Part shown: one piece after another, positions 38,716-48,794 of the stretch | How positions within the stretch are numbered: position 1 is the first letter of the stretch | How the letters are laid out: each line of letters begins with the position of its first letter | NCBI GenBank assembly: GCA_963809485.1 | Contig: CAWEJX010000020.1 | Span: forward strand, 1,120,001 to 1,184,000 | DNA: 64,000 nt | Reading direction: 5' to 3' | Origin: an uncultured Acidobacteriota bacterium | GTDB lineage: Bacteria; Acidobacteriota; UBA6911 | The notes under the pieces: model-generated | Seen by the model: the letters and a program-made list of their open reading frames with translations, nothing else | The model's database searches: none | What the model was told of the DNA's origin: nothing | Position numbers and translations under genes: made by a program

Positions 38716-39336
38716 ATGTTTCCGGACGAACTGACGCTCCCAAAAGATGAAGGCATTGTTACGCCAGGCTCTGCCCTGGAGCAGGCAAGCCCCAAGGTCG
38801 CCCTGAATTTTGACGAAATATTCGAGCATTACAGCTCTATGGTTTTCAGCTTGGCTTTTCACATTTTGGGGGATCGGGAGGAAGCCCTGGATTTGTCCCA
38901 GGAGGTCTTTCTGACGATCTACCGCAAACTGGGATCCTTCAGGGGGCAATCTTCTATAAAAACATGGATTTACTGCATCACGCTCCACCGCGCAGCCAAC
39001 CGGTTCCGCTGGTGGGGCCGGTTGAGACGCCGCGGGACCGTGTCGCTGGAAGAACACCTGTCCAAAGGATCCAATCGGGACACTATCAGCTGCCTGAGGT
39101 CCGGAATCCAATCCCCGGAAGAGGCTCTCCTTGTCGAGGAAGAGCGCGCCAGAATCGAGAAGATGCTCCAGGAATTGCCGTTGCAGCAGAGGATTGCCGT
39201 AGTCATGCGCGACATCGAAGGGTTTTCCTACGAAGAAATCGCTGAATCGTTGAAGGTATCCCTCGGCACTGTAAAGTCCCGTATTGCGAGAGGGCGAGAG
39301 ATGCTCAAGCGCCATTTCAGGGAAACAGTAAGTTGA
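38716..39336 (+). CDS. ECF RNA polymerase sigma factor
   Basis: DLSQEVFL..FRGQSSIKTWIY; EGFSYEEIAESLKVSLGTVKSRIARGR. Confidence 0.93.
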   Translation: MFPDELTLPKDEGIVTPGSALEQASPKVALNFDEIFEHYSSMVFSLAFHILGDREEALDLSQEVFLTIYRKLGSFRGQSSIKTWIYCITLHRAANRFRWWGRLRRRGTVSLEEHLSKGSNRDTISCLRSGIQSPEEALLVEEERARIEKMLQELPLQQRIAVVMRDIEGFSYEEIAESLKVSLGTVKSRIARGREMLKRHFRETVS

Positions 39337-39348
39337 GCGGAGGGTATC

Positions 39349-40152
39349 ATGGTATGCAGGGATGTATTAAGGGTTCTATCGGAGTTTTTTGACGATGCTT
39401 TGGATGCCGAAATCGCCGTGCGAGTATCCCAGCATCTGGATCAATGCGACGACTGCCGCAGGGAGTACGGCGCCCTCGCAGCCGCGCATGCCAGGCTGAG
39501 GGCTCTGCACGGAATCGCGGCCCCGGCGGCTCTGCGCCGCTTGGTGCAGCTCCGGATCACCGCTCAGCATCGGGATCCATGGCAGTTGCGCTTGCGGAAT
39601 GCTCTGCGGAGCAGATGGTTAAGGATCCGGGACATCGAAGGCACGTGGTATGTGACCCGGGTTTTGGGCACCGTCGTGACGTCCGCATTCTTCTTTATTT
39701 TCTCGTTCGCCAGCACCCCGCTTTATGTCAGCGCCGAGGCCCCGGCCGCAAGCCAGGTCTCCCTTTCTCCCGACTTGCGTTACGCCCAGCTGGTGGGATC
39801 GGGCGTTCTCGAGAAACTCGGTCTGGCGCCTGCCCAGCCGCAAAAAGGCAACGTCGCCTCAAATACACGCATTGCCAAAAGCAACCCTGCGATCAATGCT
39901 CAGTATCTTTCGCATTTTGGACAGAGTATTTCCCAGGAAGGCAATGACTACAATTTTTCCGTGGTGGCGTATGTGGACAGCAGCGGTATGGCAAAAATCC
40001 AGAACGTCATCGAATACCCGAACGCCCAAAACTTTATGGACAACTTCAACAAAGTGATCTCCTCCGGCCGCTTCGCCCCGGCCAGGGAGAACGGAGATGC
40101 GGTAGCCTCCCACATGGTTCTAATGTTCAGCAAGATTTCCGTTTACAACTGA
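39349..40152 (+). CDS. Zinc-finger (HxxxCxxC) anti-sigma factor with TM and TonB-C-like tail
   Basis: C...SEFFD...HLDQCDDC; TM helix; RFAPARENG. Confidence 0.85.
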   Translation: MVCRDVLRVLSEFFDDALDAEIAVRVSQHLDQCDDCRREYGALAAAHARLRALHGIAAPAALRRLVQLRITAQHRDPWQLRLRNALRSRWLRIRDIEGTWYVTRVLGTVVTSAFFFIFSFASTPLYVSAEAPAASQVSLSPDLRYAQLVGSGVLEKLGLAPAQPQKGNVASNTRIAKSNPAINAQYLSHFGQSISQEGNDYNFSVVAYVDSSGMAKIQNVIEYPNAQNFMDNFNKVISSGRFAPARENGDAVASHMVLMFSKISVYN

Positions 40153-40189
40153 TTCAAAATCGAAGACTGCAACGATTTCGAATCTCGAA

Positions 40190-40545
40190 TCATTTCAGGA
40201 AGATGTAGCGGATGATGAAAAGCACGGCGAACACGTAAACCAGGCTATGCACCTCGCGCCCCCGCCCGGTAACCGTCTTCAATAATGCGTAAGAGATGAA
40301 ACCGAAAGCGATGCCTTCCGTGATACTGAAGGTAAACGGCATGATCACCATCGTCAGGAACGTGGCGATGGCGCTGGCGGCGCACGTACCACCACGACCG
40401 CACCGAAATCCATGCCGCATGCGGAGAGGACCGTGGGCTGGACAAAGATGATGTAGGAAAGCGTCATGAAGGTCGTAATCCCGGCGACAATTTCCGTCTT
40501 CACATCCGTATGGTTTTCGCTCAGCCGGAACAGTCTCTGCAGCAT
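40190..40545 (-). pseudogene. NCS2/AzgA purine permease with large internal deletion and frameshift
   Basis: N-terminus EIVAGITTFMTLSYII..GMDFGAV joined to C-terminus FLTMVIMPFTFSITEGIAFGFISY; 1-bp gap near 40388. Confidence 0.85.
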
Positions 40546-40589
40546 AATCCTATTTCTTTACCACGAAATACTCGAAACAGATATTGCTT

Positions 40590-40652
40590 TTAAAGCACAA
40601 TCCTCTCGGTCTGATGCCCAGGATAGTGCCCGAAGTCGATGAGCAATCCGAG
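40590..40652 (-). pseudogene. 3' relic of a GxxExxY family gene
   Basis: LGLLIDFGHYPGHQTERIVL* followed by TTTCGAGTATTTCGTGGT, the short repeat type seen after GxxExxY genes. Confidence 0.6.
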
Positions 40653-40662
40653 CACTGACCGA

Positions 40663-40859
40663 CTCTGGAAGCCCGACCAAAAACTTTAACGCTGACGAAC
40701 GCCGATAAGCGCTGACCTACGCTGAAAAAATATAAATAAATACTATTTTCTCAGCATTTGATGCTGATTGGGTGAGGACAGCTCTCCAGATACTTTCTCA
40801 AAACTGCCGGCGAGGATCTCATGATAGTCGTTTTGAGACAGACTCTGGAGAGCCATCCT
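40663..40859 (-). repeat. Modular repeat family 2, copy B (Y-X on minus strand)
   Basis: Reverse-complement match to 59713-59903. Confidence 0.75.
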
Positions 40860-40900
40860 TATAAAAGGGAAAGATGCCGAAGGCTGAGTTCTGATGGCTG

Positions 40901-41683
40901 CTAATGGTTGTGGCCGGTGGCTGCGCCAGGCACTTCATGTATGGATGCTTTTTTCGCGGCGGCTGAATAAAAGAGGGCGAGTTCGGGGCGGCGCAGAGTG
41001 CGCCATTTGCCCGTTTGCAGGCCTTCCAGGGTGCATGGGCCGATGCGCGTGCGGACCAGCTTAAGCACTTTAAGGCCTACGGCTTCCAGCAGGCGGCGCA
41101 CTTCGCGGTTCCTACCTTCGGTGAGCACGATCTCCAGCCAGCTGTATTTGCCGCGATCCTCTACCCTGCGGACGCTTTGCGGCCTCGCCCAATCGCCCCG
41201 CTTCAGTTCGAGTCCTTCCGACATCCGGGCCAGGATTTCGTCGCTCACCAGGGTATTGGCTTTGACAAGGTAGGTTTTGGGCACCTGCGAGGCCGGGCTG
41301 GTAACGAAATCCGCGAAATCGTTGTCGTTCGTCAGGAGCAGGAGGCCTGAAGTGTCCTTGTCCAGCCGCCCCACGGGCGAAACCCAGGGCACTTCCCTGC
41401 CGAGGAAGTCATACACGGTTTTTCTTCCCCCGGCGTCGCCGTGACTCGTGATCACACCTTTGGGTTTATAAAACAGCAGGTAGACCTTGCGCGCTTCACG
41501 CAGGCGTTCGCCATCCACGTGAATCGCGTCCGCGCCTGGATTTGTCCAATGTCCGGGATCCCGCACGATGCGGCCATTGACCTTGACGCGGCCGGAGCGG
41601 ATCGCCTCGCATGCGACACTGCGGGATGACAATCCGAAGCGTGACAGGACGCGGTCCAGCGTCATCGTGCTTTTCGATTTCAT
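40901..41683 (-). CDS. RsuA/RluB-family pseudouridine synthase
   Basis: S4 domain; YKPKG, VGRLDKDTSGLLLLTND, EGRNREVRR. Confidence 0.93.
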   Translation of the reverse strand: MKSKSTMTLDRVLSRFGLSSRSVACEAIRSGRVKVNGRIVRDPGHWTNPGADAIHVDGERLREARKVYLLFYKPKGVITSHGDAGGRKTVYDFLGREVPWVSPVGRLDKDTSGLLLLTNDNDFADFVTSPASQVPKTYLVKANTLVSDEILARMSEGLELKRGDWARPQSVRRVEDRGKYSWLEIVLTEGRNREVRRLLEAVGLKVLKLVRTRIGPCTLEGLQTGKWRTLRRPELALFYSAAAKKASIHEVPGAATGHNH

Positions 41684-41864
41684 GGCCGGGATTCCCTCAG
41701 GTTTTGTGTGGTAAAGGCACAGCCGCCCCGCTGCCGCCTGCGCTAATTTACTTCGAAACCGGGACGCCGGCAAGCCGCCTCCCCTGAGTATTTATCCGAA
41801 GCTCTTGGCATATGCAGCCGCGGAAGCTACTATAAAGCGGTTTATTTTACATTTTGGAGGTCAT

Positions 41865-43745
41865 ATGCCGGGACGCATACGTATGAATATCGTGCTGAGC
41901 CTGTCGCTCGGGATCGCGCTCATGTTTGCGCTGATGTCGTGCAACACCGCCGGCCAGAAGCCCGCTTCAGCTCCAACCGTGGCGGACGCCGAGAAGTTCA
42001 TCGCGGATACGGAAAAACTTCTGGCGGATCTTTCGGTGAAAGCGTCCAGGGCCGCCTGGGTGCAGTCAAATTTTATAACGGATGACACCGAGGCCATCGC
42101 GGCGCAGGCAAACCAGGACTATATAGAAGCCACCACAAAAATCGCCGGAGAGGTGAAGCGCTTCGACGGCCTGAAGCTTCCGCCCGTTCTGGAACGGAAA
42201 TTCAAGCTTCTCAAATTAACACTCTTCTCTTTAAGCGACCCGGCGGAACGCGCCGAAGTGGCCAAATTGGGCACGAACCTGGAGGCGGACTACGGCAAAG
42301 GAAAAGCCTGCCCCGATTCCGGCAAATATGCGGGTAAGTGCCTGCCCATCGGCGAGGTGGAGCAGGTGCTGGCGACCAGCCGGGATCCCAACGAGATGAA
42401 AGAAATATGGAAGTCCTGGCATGCCGTCGGCGCGCCGCTGCGACAGAAGTATACGCGTTTCATCGAGCTGCAGAACAAAGGAGCCCGGGAACTGGGCTTC
42501 AGCGATATGGGGGCCATGTGGCGATCCAATTACGACATGACGCCCGAGCAGTTCAGCGCAGAGGTCGAACGGCTTTGGAATCAGGTCCGTCCCTTTTATG
42601 AGTCCCTGCACGCTTATGTGCGGTCCCGGATAGCGCGGCAATACGGCGACCAGGGCGTGACACAGGACGGCTTGATACGGGCCGACCTGCTGGGCAATCC
42701 CTGGGCGCAGGAGTGGGCGAACGTATACGGTCTGGTTGCCGCCGGCGGCGGGAATGGCGCAGGCTACGACCTGACCTCGATCCTAAAGCAGAAGAAGATC
42801 GATGAAGTGGGAATGGTGCGTTACGGGGAAGCCTTCTTCACGTCCCTGGGCTTTGCCCCGCTTCCGAAATCTTTCTATGAACGGTCTCTTTTTGTGAAAC
42901 CGCGCGACCGCGAGGTGGTGTGCCATGCCAGTGCGTGGGATGTGGACAACAAGGACGACCTGCGCCTGAAAATGTGCATCCAGATCCGAGGCGAGGATTT
43001 CGCAACCGTCCACCACGAGCTCGGCCACAACATCTATCAGCGCGCTTACAACAAGCAGCCGTTCCTTTTCCAGAACGGGGCCAACGACGGTTTCCACGAG
43101 GCCATCGGCGACACGATTGCCCTTTCGATCACTCCCGATTATCTGAAGCAGGTGGACCTGCTGCAAACCGTGCCCAAATCGGACGAGACGGCGCTGTTGC
43201 TGCGCCAGGCCATGGACAAGATTGCATTCCTCCCGTTCGGGCTGATGATCGACCAGTGGCGCTGGAAGGTGATGGACGGCACCCTGAAGCCTGCCGACTA
43301 CAACAAGGGCTGGTGGGAACTGCGTGAGAAGTATCAGGGCGTCGCACCCCCGGCTGCGCGCTCGGAAAATGATTTTGATCCGGGCGCCAAGTACCACGTC
43401 CCCGCAAACGTGCCGTACACGAGATATTTCCTGGCGCACATCCTTCAGTTCCAGTTCTATCGCGCCCTGTGCAACGAAGCCGGATACCAGGGCCCCCTGC
43501 ACCGCTGCACGTTCTACAATAACAAGCAGGCCGGAGCCAAACTCAACGCCATGCTCGAAATGGGGATGAGCCGTCCCTGGCCGGAAGCCCTGAAGGCCAT
43601 GACGGGCGAGGAGAAGATCGATGCGAGCGCTCTGCTGGAGTACTTCGCGCCGGTTCAAAAGTGGCTCGACGAGCAGAACGCGGCGGCGAACGTCAAATCC
43701 GGCTGGCAGCTGCCGGCCGACCCGCTGGCAGCGGCAGCAAAGTAG
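41865..43745 (+). CDS. M2 family (ACE-like) peptidyl-dipeptidase, lipoprotein
   Basis: CHASAWD, HHELGH, GANDGFHEAIGD, FDPGAKYHVP; lipobox LMSC. Confidence 0.95.
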   Translation: MPGRIRMNIVLSLSLGIALMFALMSCNTAGQKPASAPTVADAEKFIADTEKLLADLSVKASRAAWVQSNFITDDTEAIAAQANQDYIEATTKIAGEVKRFDGLKLPPVLERKFKLLKLTLFSLSDPAERAEVAKLGTNLEADYGKGKACPDSGKYAGKCLPIGEVEQVLATSRDPNEMKEIWKSWHAVGAPLRQKYTRFIELQNKGARELGFSDMGAMWRSNYDMTPEQFSAEVERLWNQVRPFYESLHAYVRSRIARQYGDQGVTQDGLIRADLLGNPWAQEWANVYGLVAAGGGNGAGYDLTSILKQKKIDEVGMVRYGEAFFTSLGFAPLPKSFYERSLFVKPRDREVVCHASAWDVDNKDDLRLKMCIQIRGEDFATVHHELGHNIYQRAYNKQPFLFQNGANDGFHEAIGDTIALSITPDYLKQVDLLQTVPKSDETALLLRQAMDKIAFLPFGLMIDQWRWKVMDGTLKPADYNKGWWELREKYQGVAPPAARSENDFDPGAKYHVPANVPYTRYFLAHILQFQFYRALCNEAGYQGPLHRCTFYNNKQAGAKLNAMLEMGMSRPWPEALKAMTGEEKIDASALLEYFAPVQKWLDEQNAAANVKSGWQLPADPLAAAAK

Positions 43746-43778
43746 TACCCTGACCCGGCGGCTTTGCCGGCTGCGGTT

Positions 43779-44231
43779 TCAGCCGGCCTTGCGGAGGATT
43801 TTTTCCAGAGTGCGGCGCCTGAACTCGAAGATCTTTTCCACTTCCCGTCCGACCACAAGGTTCTGCACCAGCCAGCCGCCGGGAACGGCATAATCGACAT
43901 GATCGCGAACCAGCGTCAGGCCATCCTTTTCCTCGAATCGATGATCGTGACGCCATAGCCGGTATGGCCCCCGGACCTGTTCGTCGACAAAGCGGAGAGG
44001 CGGATCCCAGACTGTGATCTCGCTCTGCCAGGAAAATGGAACCCCGTGCAGGCGCAGCCGGTAGTCAATTTTCAGACCCCGGCGCATTTCCAGGTTCCCT
44101 CGCGCTTTCAGTTCGAACCGCAGCCACGGAGGTGTGATGGCCTCCAGGTTGCGCGGATCGGCAAAGAACGGGAACACTTCGCGCGACGGCAGGTTGATCC
44201 ATTGCTCCGAATCGAAACTGAAGATTCTCAT
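43779..44231 (-). CDS. SRPBCC family protein
   Basis: FFADPRNLEAITPPW, FVDEQVRGPY..WRHDHRF. Confidence 0.9.
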   Translation of the reverse strand: MRIFSFDSEQWINLPSREVFPFFADPRNLEAITPPWLRFELKARGNLEMRRGLKIDYRLRLHGVPFSWQSEITVWDPPLRFVDEQVRGPYRLWRHDHRFEEKDGLTLVRDHVDYAVPGGWLVQNLVVGREVEKIFEFRRRTLEKILRKAG

Positions 44232-44971
44232 CGTGGGTCTTTATCCTTGCCCATGTTCATGTACAGGGATCTCAAATCCCGGGGAAAGCGCTCGAGGGCG
44301 TAGCGCAGCATGGTGCGCGGCATCACCGCGGCATTGTCATCGAGGAATCCGCACACATCCTCCATGGAGCACCGCTTGCCCGCTTCGCGAAGCATCCAGC
44401 CGACAGCCTTGTGGATCAGATCATGGTTGTCCTCGAGCAGCAATCCTGCCAGTCGCAGAGTCTCACGGCCGTCCCCCTGCCGGAGGAAATAATGAGTTGC
44501 CAGGATCGCAATCCGTCGCTCCCACAAATTTTCAGAGCGCGCGAGCCGCGTGAGTACGGATGTTTTCCTGCCGAACAGGTGCCCCCCGACAATATGCGGC
44601 GCCGAAAGATCCACAAGGTCCCAGTTGTTGATGCGCGCGGTATTGGACAAATAAAAATCGAAAATGCCTTTCCTGCGCGATTCATCGCCGCGCCGGTACT
44701 GGTCCACCAGGATGAGGAGCGCCGCGAGCCTTTCTTCGTGGTACGGGGAGTACAGCAGTTTCCGGACCTCGGTCAGCGGGATGTCCGGGTGCGCCTGAAC
44801 AACTTTGCGAACGCCGGGAACCGGCACTCCATGAAACCGATCGTTTTCGCCATATTCCCCCGGTCCCGTCTTGAAAAAGCTCTTAAGGACGGCAGCTTTA
44901 GCCGCATCGGCGGCCGAACGCAGCTTGCCACGGATCACTTCCGACTCTGCCCTTTTCCCGCTTTTCTTCAT
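44228..44971 (-). CDS. DNA alkylation repair protein (AlkD-like)
   Basis: FFKTGPGEYGE, INNWDLVD, HDLIHKAVGWMLRE, MPRTMLRYA. Confidence 0.92.
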   Translation of the reverse strand: MKKSGKRAESEVIRGKLRSAADAAKAAVLKSFFKTGPGEYGENDRFHGVPVPGVRKVVQAHPDIPLTEVRKLLYSPYHEERLAALLILVDQYRRGDESRRKGIFDFYLSNTARINNWDLVDLSAPHIVGGHLFGRKTSVLTRLARSENLWERRIAILATHYFLRQGDGRETLRLAGLLLEDNHDLIHKAVGWMLREAGKRCSMEDVCGFLDDNAAVMPRTMLRYALERFPRDLRSLYMNMGKDKDPR

Positions 44972-45041
44972 AATCGATGAAAGATCTTTTTGCAGAGGAG
45001 GGCTGCCGGAAGGCCGTCCTCAATCATAAAAAGAAAAAACA

Positions 45042-45228
45042 GTCAGGTGCCTCCGGCAAAGCCGGAGGCTTGAAAGATTTGAACCGCTCAAAGCGGTTGG
45101 AGGAGTTACGCCGGTCTTGAACGCTGACTTACGCGGGCAAAAGCCGATGAGGCGCTTCCGATCCCCGCCGAACAAATCGGCGTTTGTCAGCGCTTTTATC
45201 AGCGTTTCTCAGCGTTTCAAAATATGGA
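45042..45228 (-). mobile_element. Nested element copy 4 (inner deletion; one end truncated)
   Basis: Left hairpins intact; match stops after TTTCAAAATATGGA. Confidence 0.75.
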
Positions 45229-45240
45229 ATGGCTTCGCCC

Positions 45241-45873
45241 CTAATCGAAAATCGTCGACCGGCCGGGATCCAGGAGAGCGGAGAAGGCATCGCGGACATG
45301 GCGCGCGGTAGTGCGCTCACCGGAAAAGACCGAAGGGATTTCGTCCTCACCGAAAAAGGCCACTTCCGACGTCTCCTGGCTTGGCCGGGCGGCACCATCC
45401 ACGATGTCGCAAAGGAAAACAATTTTGAACGCATGAAAAACTTCGAGCGGATCCCTCCGGTTGGCGTCGTATACACCCACCACTCTGCGGGCCCGGACAT
45501 GGAACCCGGCTTCTTCCCACACCTCGCGCTCAGCCGCCTTGGAGGGAGTGTCCCCCACATCCGCCCACCCTCCCGGCATGGTCCATCCGCCGTCAAGCCT
45601 TTCCCGTACCAGGAGCAGCTTTCGGTTCCTGAATACGGCTGCGCGCACATCTATCTTGGGAGTTGCATAGCCGATTTGCGCGGTGAAAGCCTGCGCCAGA
45701 CGAAGGAAATCGACGTCCGAGTTTTGGCTGATCATTTCTGCCGCAATTTGCATCAGCCGTTCACAGCGGTCCCGCTGGAAGTCGTCTTTGGCATAATGGC
45801 GCCCCGTTTGTGCCAGGGCCTGTATCTCCCGTGCCCATTCCAGCAATCGTGGTTTCCTGTCAGGACCGGACAT
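45241..45873 (-). CDS. NUDIX hydrolase with N-terminal Nudix_N domain
   Basis: GYATPKIDVR; PGGWADVGDTPSKAAEREVWEEAG. Confidence 0.92.
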   Translation of the reverse strand: MSGPDRKPRLLEWAREIQALAQTGRHYAKDDFQRDRCERLMQIAAEMISQNSDVDFLRLAQAFTAQIGYATPKIDVRAAVFRNRKLLLVRERLDGGWTMPGGWADVGDTPSKAAEREVWEEAGFHVRARRVVGVYDANRRDPLEVFHAFKIVFLCDIVDGAARPSQETSEVAFFGEDEIPSVFSGERTTARHVRDAFSALLDPGRSTIFD

Positions 45874-45967
45874 GAGATCTCCCTGGCAACGAGTACACCC
45901 TCATCCGGGTTTTTGGCGGGAACGGTTCTCCCATTGCGCCCCCACAGAATGAATGCAACATGCTATT

Positions 45968-47338
45968 TTAGCCGGCGAATCCGGCGGCGACATATCCGGA
46001 CATCCCGCCGGCGACACTCTTTACAACCTTGAAGCCGTTGCGCTGCAGGATGCTGGCGGCCAGACTCGACCGCATTCCCGTGCCGCAGATAAGGGCGATG
46101 TCCTTGTCCTGGGGCAGCTCCTTGTGCCGCGTGCGAAGATCCGGCGCCGGGATATTGAGAGCGCCCGGAATGCGGATACCCTGAAATTCCTCTTGGGAAC
46201 GGACATCCACGAGCACGGGGCCGCATTTCGCCTGCATCCAATGATGCAGTTCCTGCGGGCTGAGCTGCGCGACGTGTTCGGTTGGCAGCCCGGCGAGGTT
46301 CCAGCTTAGCATGCCTCCATCAAGATACGCCGTCACATTGTCGATGCCGACGCGCCTGAGCCAGACGGCGGCTTCCTGGACAACAGCCTCGCTGTCGGCA
46401 ACCAGCAAGATTTCGCCGTCAACCGGCAATGTCCAGCCGGCGAAGGTGGCGAAGTTTCCATTGATGTCGTTGCTCCACGCGCCGGGAATATGCTGGCCTC
46501 CGAACGCGTCGAACGGCCGGACATCGAGCACAACCGCGCCGGGCTTCCCGGCGCGTTCGGCAAACGCTTGCGTTGTCAGAGGCGCGGGAACGGGCAGCGT
46601 GCGCACCAGAGCCGGACCGGCGCCGTTGGTGGCGCTGCAGCGCGCAAAATGATCGGGCGCAGCCGGCATATCCGTCGTTAGAGATGCAATGAAAGAGGCC
46701 TTGTCCGGTATCTGGAGAGCCCGGTTTTTCCGGCGCTCGTAGCCGATCGTGCTGGTGCGTTTGGCACCCATGGCCCGCCCGCACAGGGAGCCGGCCCCGT
46801 GCGCCGGATACACTTCGCAGAAGTCCGGCAGCTTCAGCAGCTTCCCGTGGAGGTTGTCGAAAAGTATGGATGCGAGCTCCGCCGCCCGCCCCGGGAAAAG
46901 GTCCGGCCGCCCCACGTCGCCTACGAAGAGCGTGTCGCCGCAGAAAACGCCCACCGGTTCTTCGCCCCGTTCCCGGTCGACCACCACGTAGGAAATATGT
47001 TCGGGAGTGTGGCCGGCGGTGTCGAGAACGGAGATGCGCATGTCGTCGATGGCAAAGGAGTCGCCCTCCGCCAGCGCCACATGCCTGAAGGCGCAGTTGC
47101 CCGCCTTCGGTGCATAGATCGTGGCCCCGGTTTTCTCCGCCAGGTCCATGTGCCCCGAAATGAAATCCGCGTGCAGATGGGTTTCCAGGATGTGCGTGAT
47201 CCCGAGGTCCAGAGCCTTCGCGGCGGCGATGTAGATATCGATATCGCGCTGCGGATCGACGATCGCACAGGAGGTTGAGCCGCCCAACAGATAGGAGCTG
47301 TGTGCCAGGCCGTTCACAAAAAAATGTTGCACGAGCAT
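45968..47338 (-). CDS. MBL-fold hydrolase with two rhodanese domains (persulfide dioxygenase/sulfurtransferase-like)
   Basis: ETHLHADFISG, GHTPEH, GDTLFVGDVGRPDL, ICGTGMRS. Confidence 0.92.
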   Translation of the reverse strand: MLVQHFFVNGLAHSSYLLGGSTSCAIVDPQRDIDIYIAAAKALDLGITHILETHLHADFISGHMDLAEKTGATIYAPKAGNCAFRHVALAEGDSFAIDDMRISVLDTAGHTPEHISYVVVDRERGEEPVGVFCGDTLFVGDVGRPDLFPGRAAELASILFDNLHGKLLKLPDFCEVYPAHGAGSLCGRAMGAKRTSTIGYERRKNRALQIPDKASFIASLTTDMPAAPDHFARCSATNGAGPALVRTLPVPAPLTTQAFAERAGKPGAVVLDVRPFDAFGGQHIPGAWSNDINGNFATFAGWTLPVDGEILLVADSEAVVQEAAVWLRRVGIDNVTAYLDGGMLSWNLAGLPTEHVAQLSPQELHHWMQAKCGPVLVDVRSQEEFQGIRIPGALNIPAPDLRTRHKELPQDKDIALICGTGMRSSLAASILQRNGFKVVKSVAGGMSGYVAAGFAG

Positions 47339-47472
47339 TCGCGTCTCCTTTCAAAACATAATCGTCCCTTTGCCGGGAGGTGCGCCGTCCGGCAGCATGC
47401 CGCTGCGGACATGCTGCCGGATATTTTACGGCGGGCGATTCTCCCTGTCATCCCCGCAAAAAGGCGTCCCGC

Positions 47473-48189
47473 TTACTTCTTCAAAACGGTTTTCAGGACC
47501 TGCTCTTTGGGAAGCTTCTTGGTGCTGATGAACCAGTCGTGCAGGGTCACGTCCGACGCCGGCTTCATCCGCGCCTGGGCGTCATCCATCGTGCCGGGAG
47601 GCGGGACAATCACGTCGTCTCCGGGGCGCCAGTCCGCAGGCGTGGCGACCGAGAAGGCATCCGCGGTCTTCAGGCCGATCAGGACCCGGTAGAGCTCGTC
47701 GAAATTGCGGCCCAGGCTGAGCGGGTAATAGATGATGGCCCGGATCACGCCGGCGGGATCAATGTAAAATACTGCGCGCACAGCCTTGGTAGTGCTCTCA
47801 CCCGGCTGGATCATGCCGTATTTCCTGGCGACCGTCATCGTGATGTCGTCGATCAGAGGGAACTTCACGTCGACGTTCTTCATGCCTTTATAGTCGATTT
47901 TGTCTTTGATGGTGCGAAGCCATGCAATGTGGCTGTAAAGCCCGTCCACAGAAAGCCCCACCAGCTTGCAGTTGGCTTCGGCGAATTTGCTTTCCAGGGA
48001 GGCAAAAGTGATGAATTCGGTGGTGCAGACCGGCGTAAAGTCTGCGGGGTGACTGAAAAGAATGACCCAGCTGCCGGCGTATTGCTCCGGGAAGCTGATT
48101 TCTCCCTGGGTCGTGCTTGCTTTAAAAGACGGTGCCTTATCCCCGATGCGGGGCATGGGAACAACTTCGACCGGATTCTGTGATTCCAT
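47473..48189 (-). CDS. Peroxiredoxin, Prx6-type
   Basis: FSHPADFTPVCTTE, YPLSLGRNFDE, TPADWRPG. Confidence 0.94.
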   Translation of the reverse strand: MESQNPVEVVPMPRIGDKAPSFKASTTQGEISFPEQYAGSWVILFSHPADFTPVCTTEFITFASLESKFAEANCKLVGLSVDGLYSHIAWLRTIKDKIDYKGMKNVDVKFPLIDDITMTVARKYGMIQPGESTTKAVRAVFYIDPAGVIRAIIYYPLSLGRNFDELYRVLIGLKTADAFSVATPADWRPGDDVIVPPPGTMDDAQARMKPASDVTLHDWFISTKKLPKEQVLKTVLKK

Positions 48190-48199
48190 ATGTTTCTCC

Positions 48200-48688
48200 T
48201 TATGATTGAGTCTTCGATTTATGTGTCTGGCAACGGCGGCACAGGCCGCTCAGTTGCACGCGGAAATCCTTCACAACAAATCCGAATTCTGCGGTGTCGG
48301 GTATGGGTGTTTCATCCAGCCCGGCGCTGGCGATGTCGGTAATGGCGTTGCAGCGCAAACAGACCAGGTGGTGGTGCAGTTCGACACGGCCGTCGTAACG
48401 CACCGCGCTCCTGCAGTGCCCGACTTTGAGAATGGCGCCCATCTGGGCGAGGTTTTCGAGAGTGCGGTAAACTGTGGCGCGCGAAACACGGGCGCCGCGA
48501 ACGGCTGCGGACGAGCAGACCTCTTCCGCCGTGGGATGAGTGCCGAGTTCGAGCACCGCCTGAAGCACGGCGCGCCGCTGCGTGGTATAAGGCACACCCT
48601 TTTCGCGGCACAGCCTGCGAAATTCCTCCTCGTGGTGCTTTTTCAAACCCTCGGACATTTCCGGTATGCATTTGATAGCTGTTGACAT
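48200..48688 (-). CDS. Fur/PerR family transcriptional regulator
   Basis: TTQRRAVL, HPTAEE, SRATVYRTL, HHHLVCLRC, GLCRRC. Confidence 0.93.
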   Translation of the reverse strand: MSTAIKCIPEMSEGLKKHHEEEFRRLCREKGVPYTTQRRAVLQAVLELGTHPTAEEVCSSAAVRGARVSRATVYRTLENLAQMGAILKVGHCRSAVRYDGRVELHHHLVCLRCNAITDIASAGLDETPIPDTAEFGFVVKDFRVQLSGLCRRCQTHKSKTQS

Positions 48689-48692
48689 CGGA

Positions 48693-48707
48693 TGAGACTT
48701 TGTCTCA
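48693..48707. promoter_or_regulatory. Palindromic operator just upstream of fur/perR (possible autoregulation)
   Basis: TGAGAC-ttt-GTCTCA, with TTGACT on the minus strand at 48720-48725. Confidence 0.45.
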
Positions 48708-48794
48708 ACTATTCCGACAAGTCAAGAAATATTTGCAAATGGAATGATCCCGCAGGATCGCCCATTTCGCATTACCCGGGCAGAGGAGGAAAAA

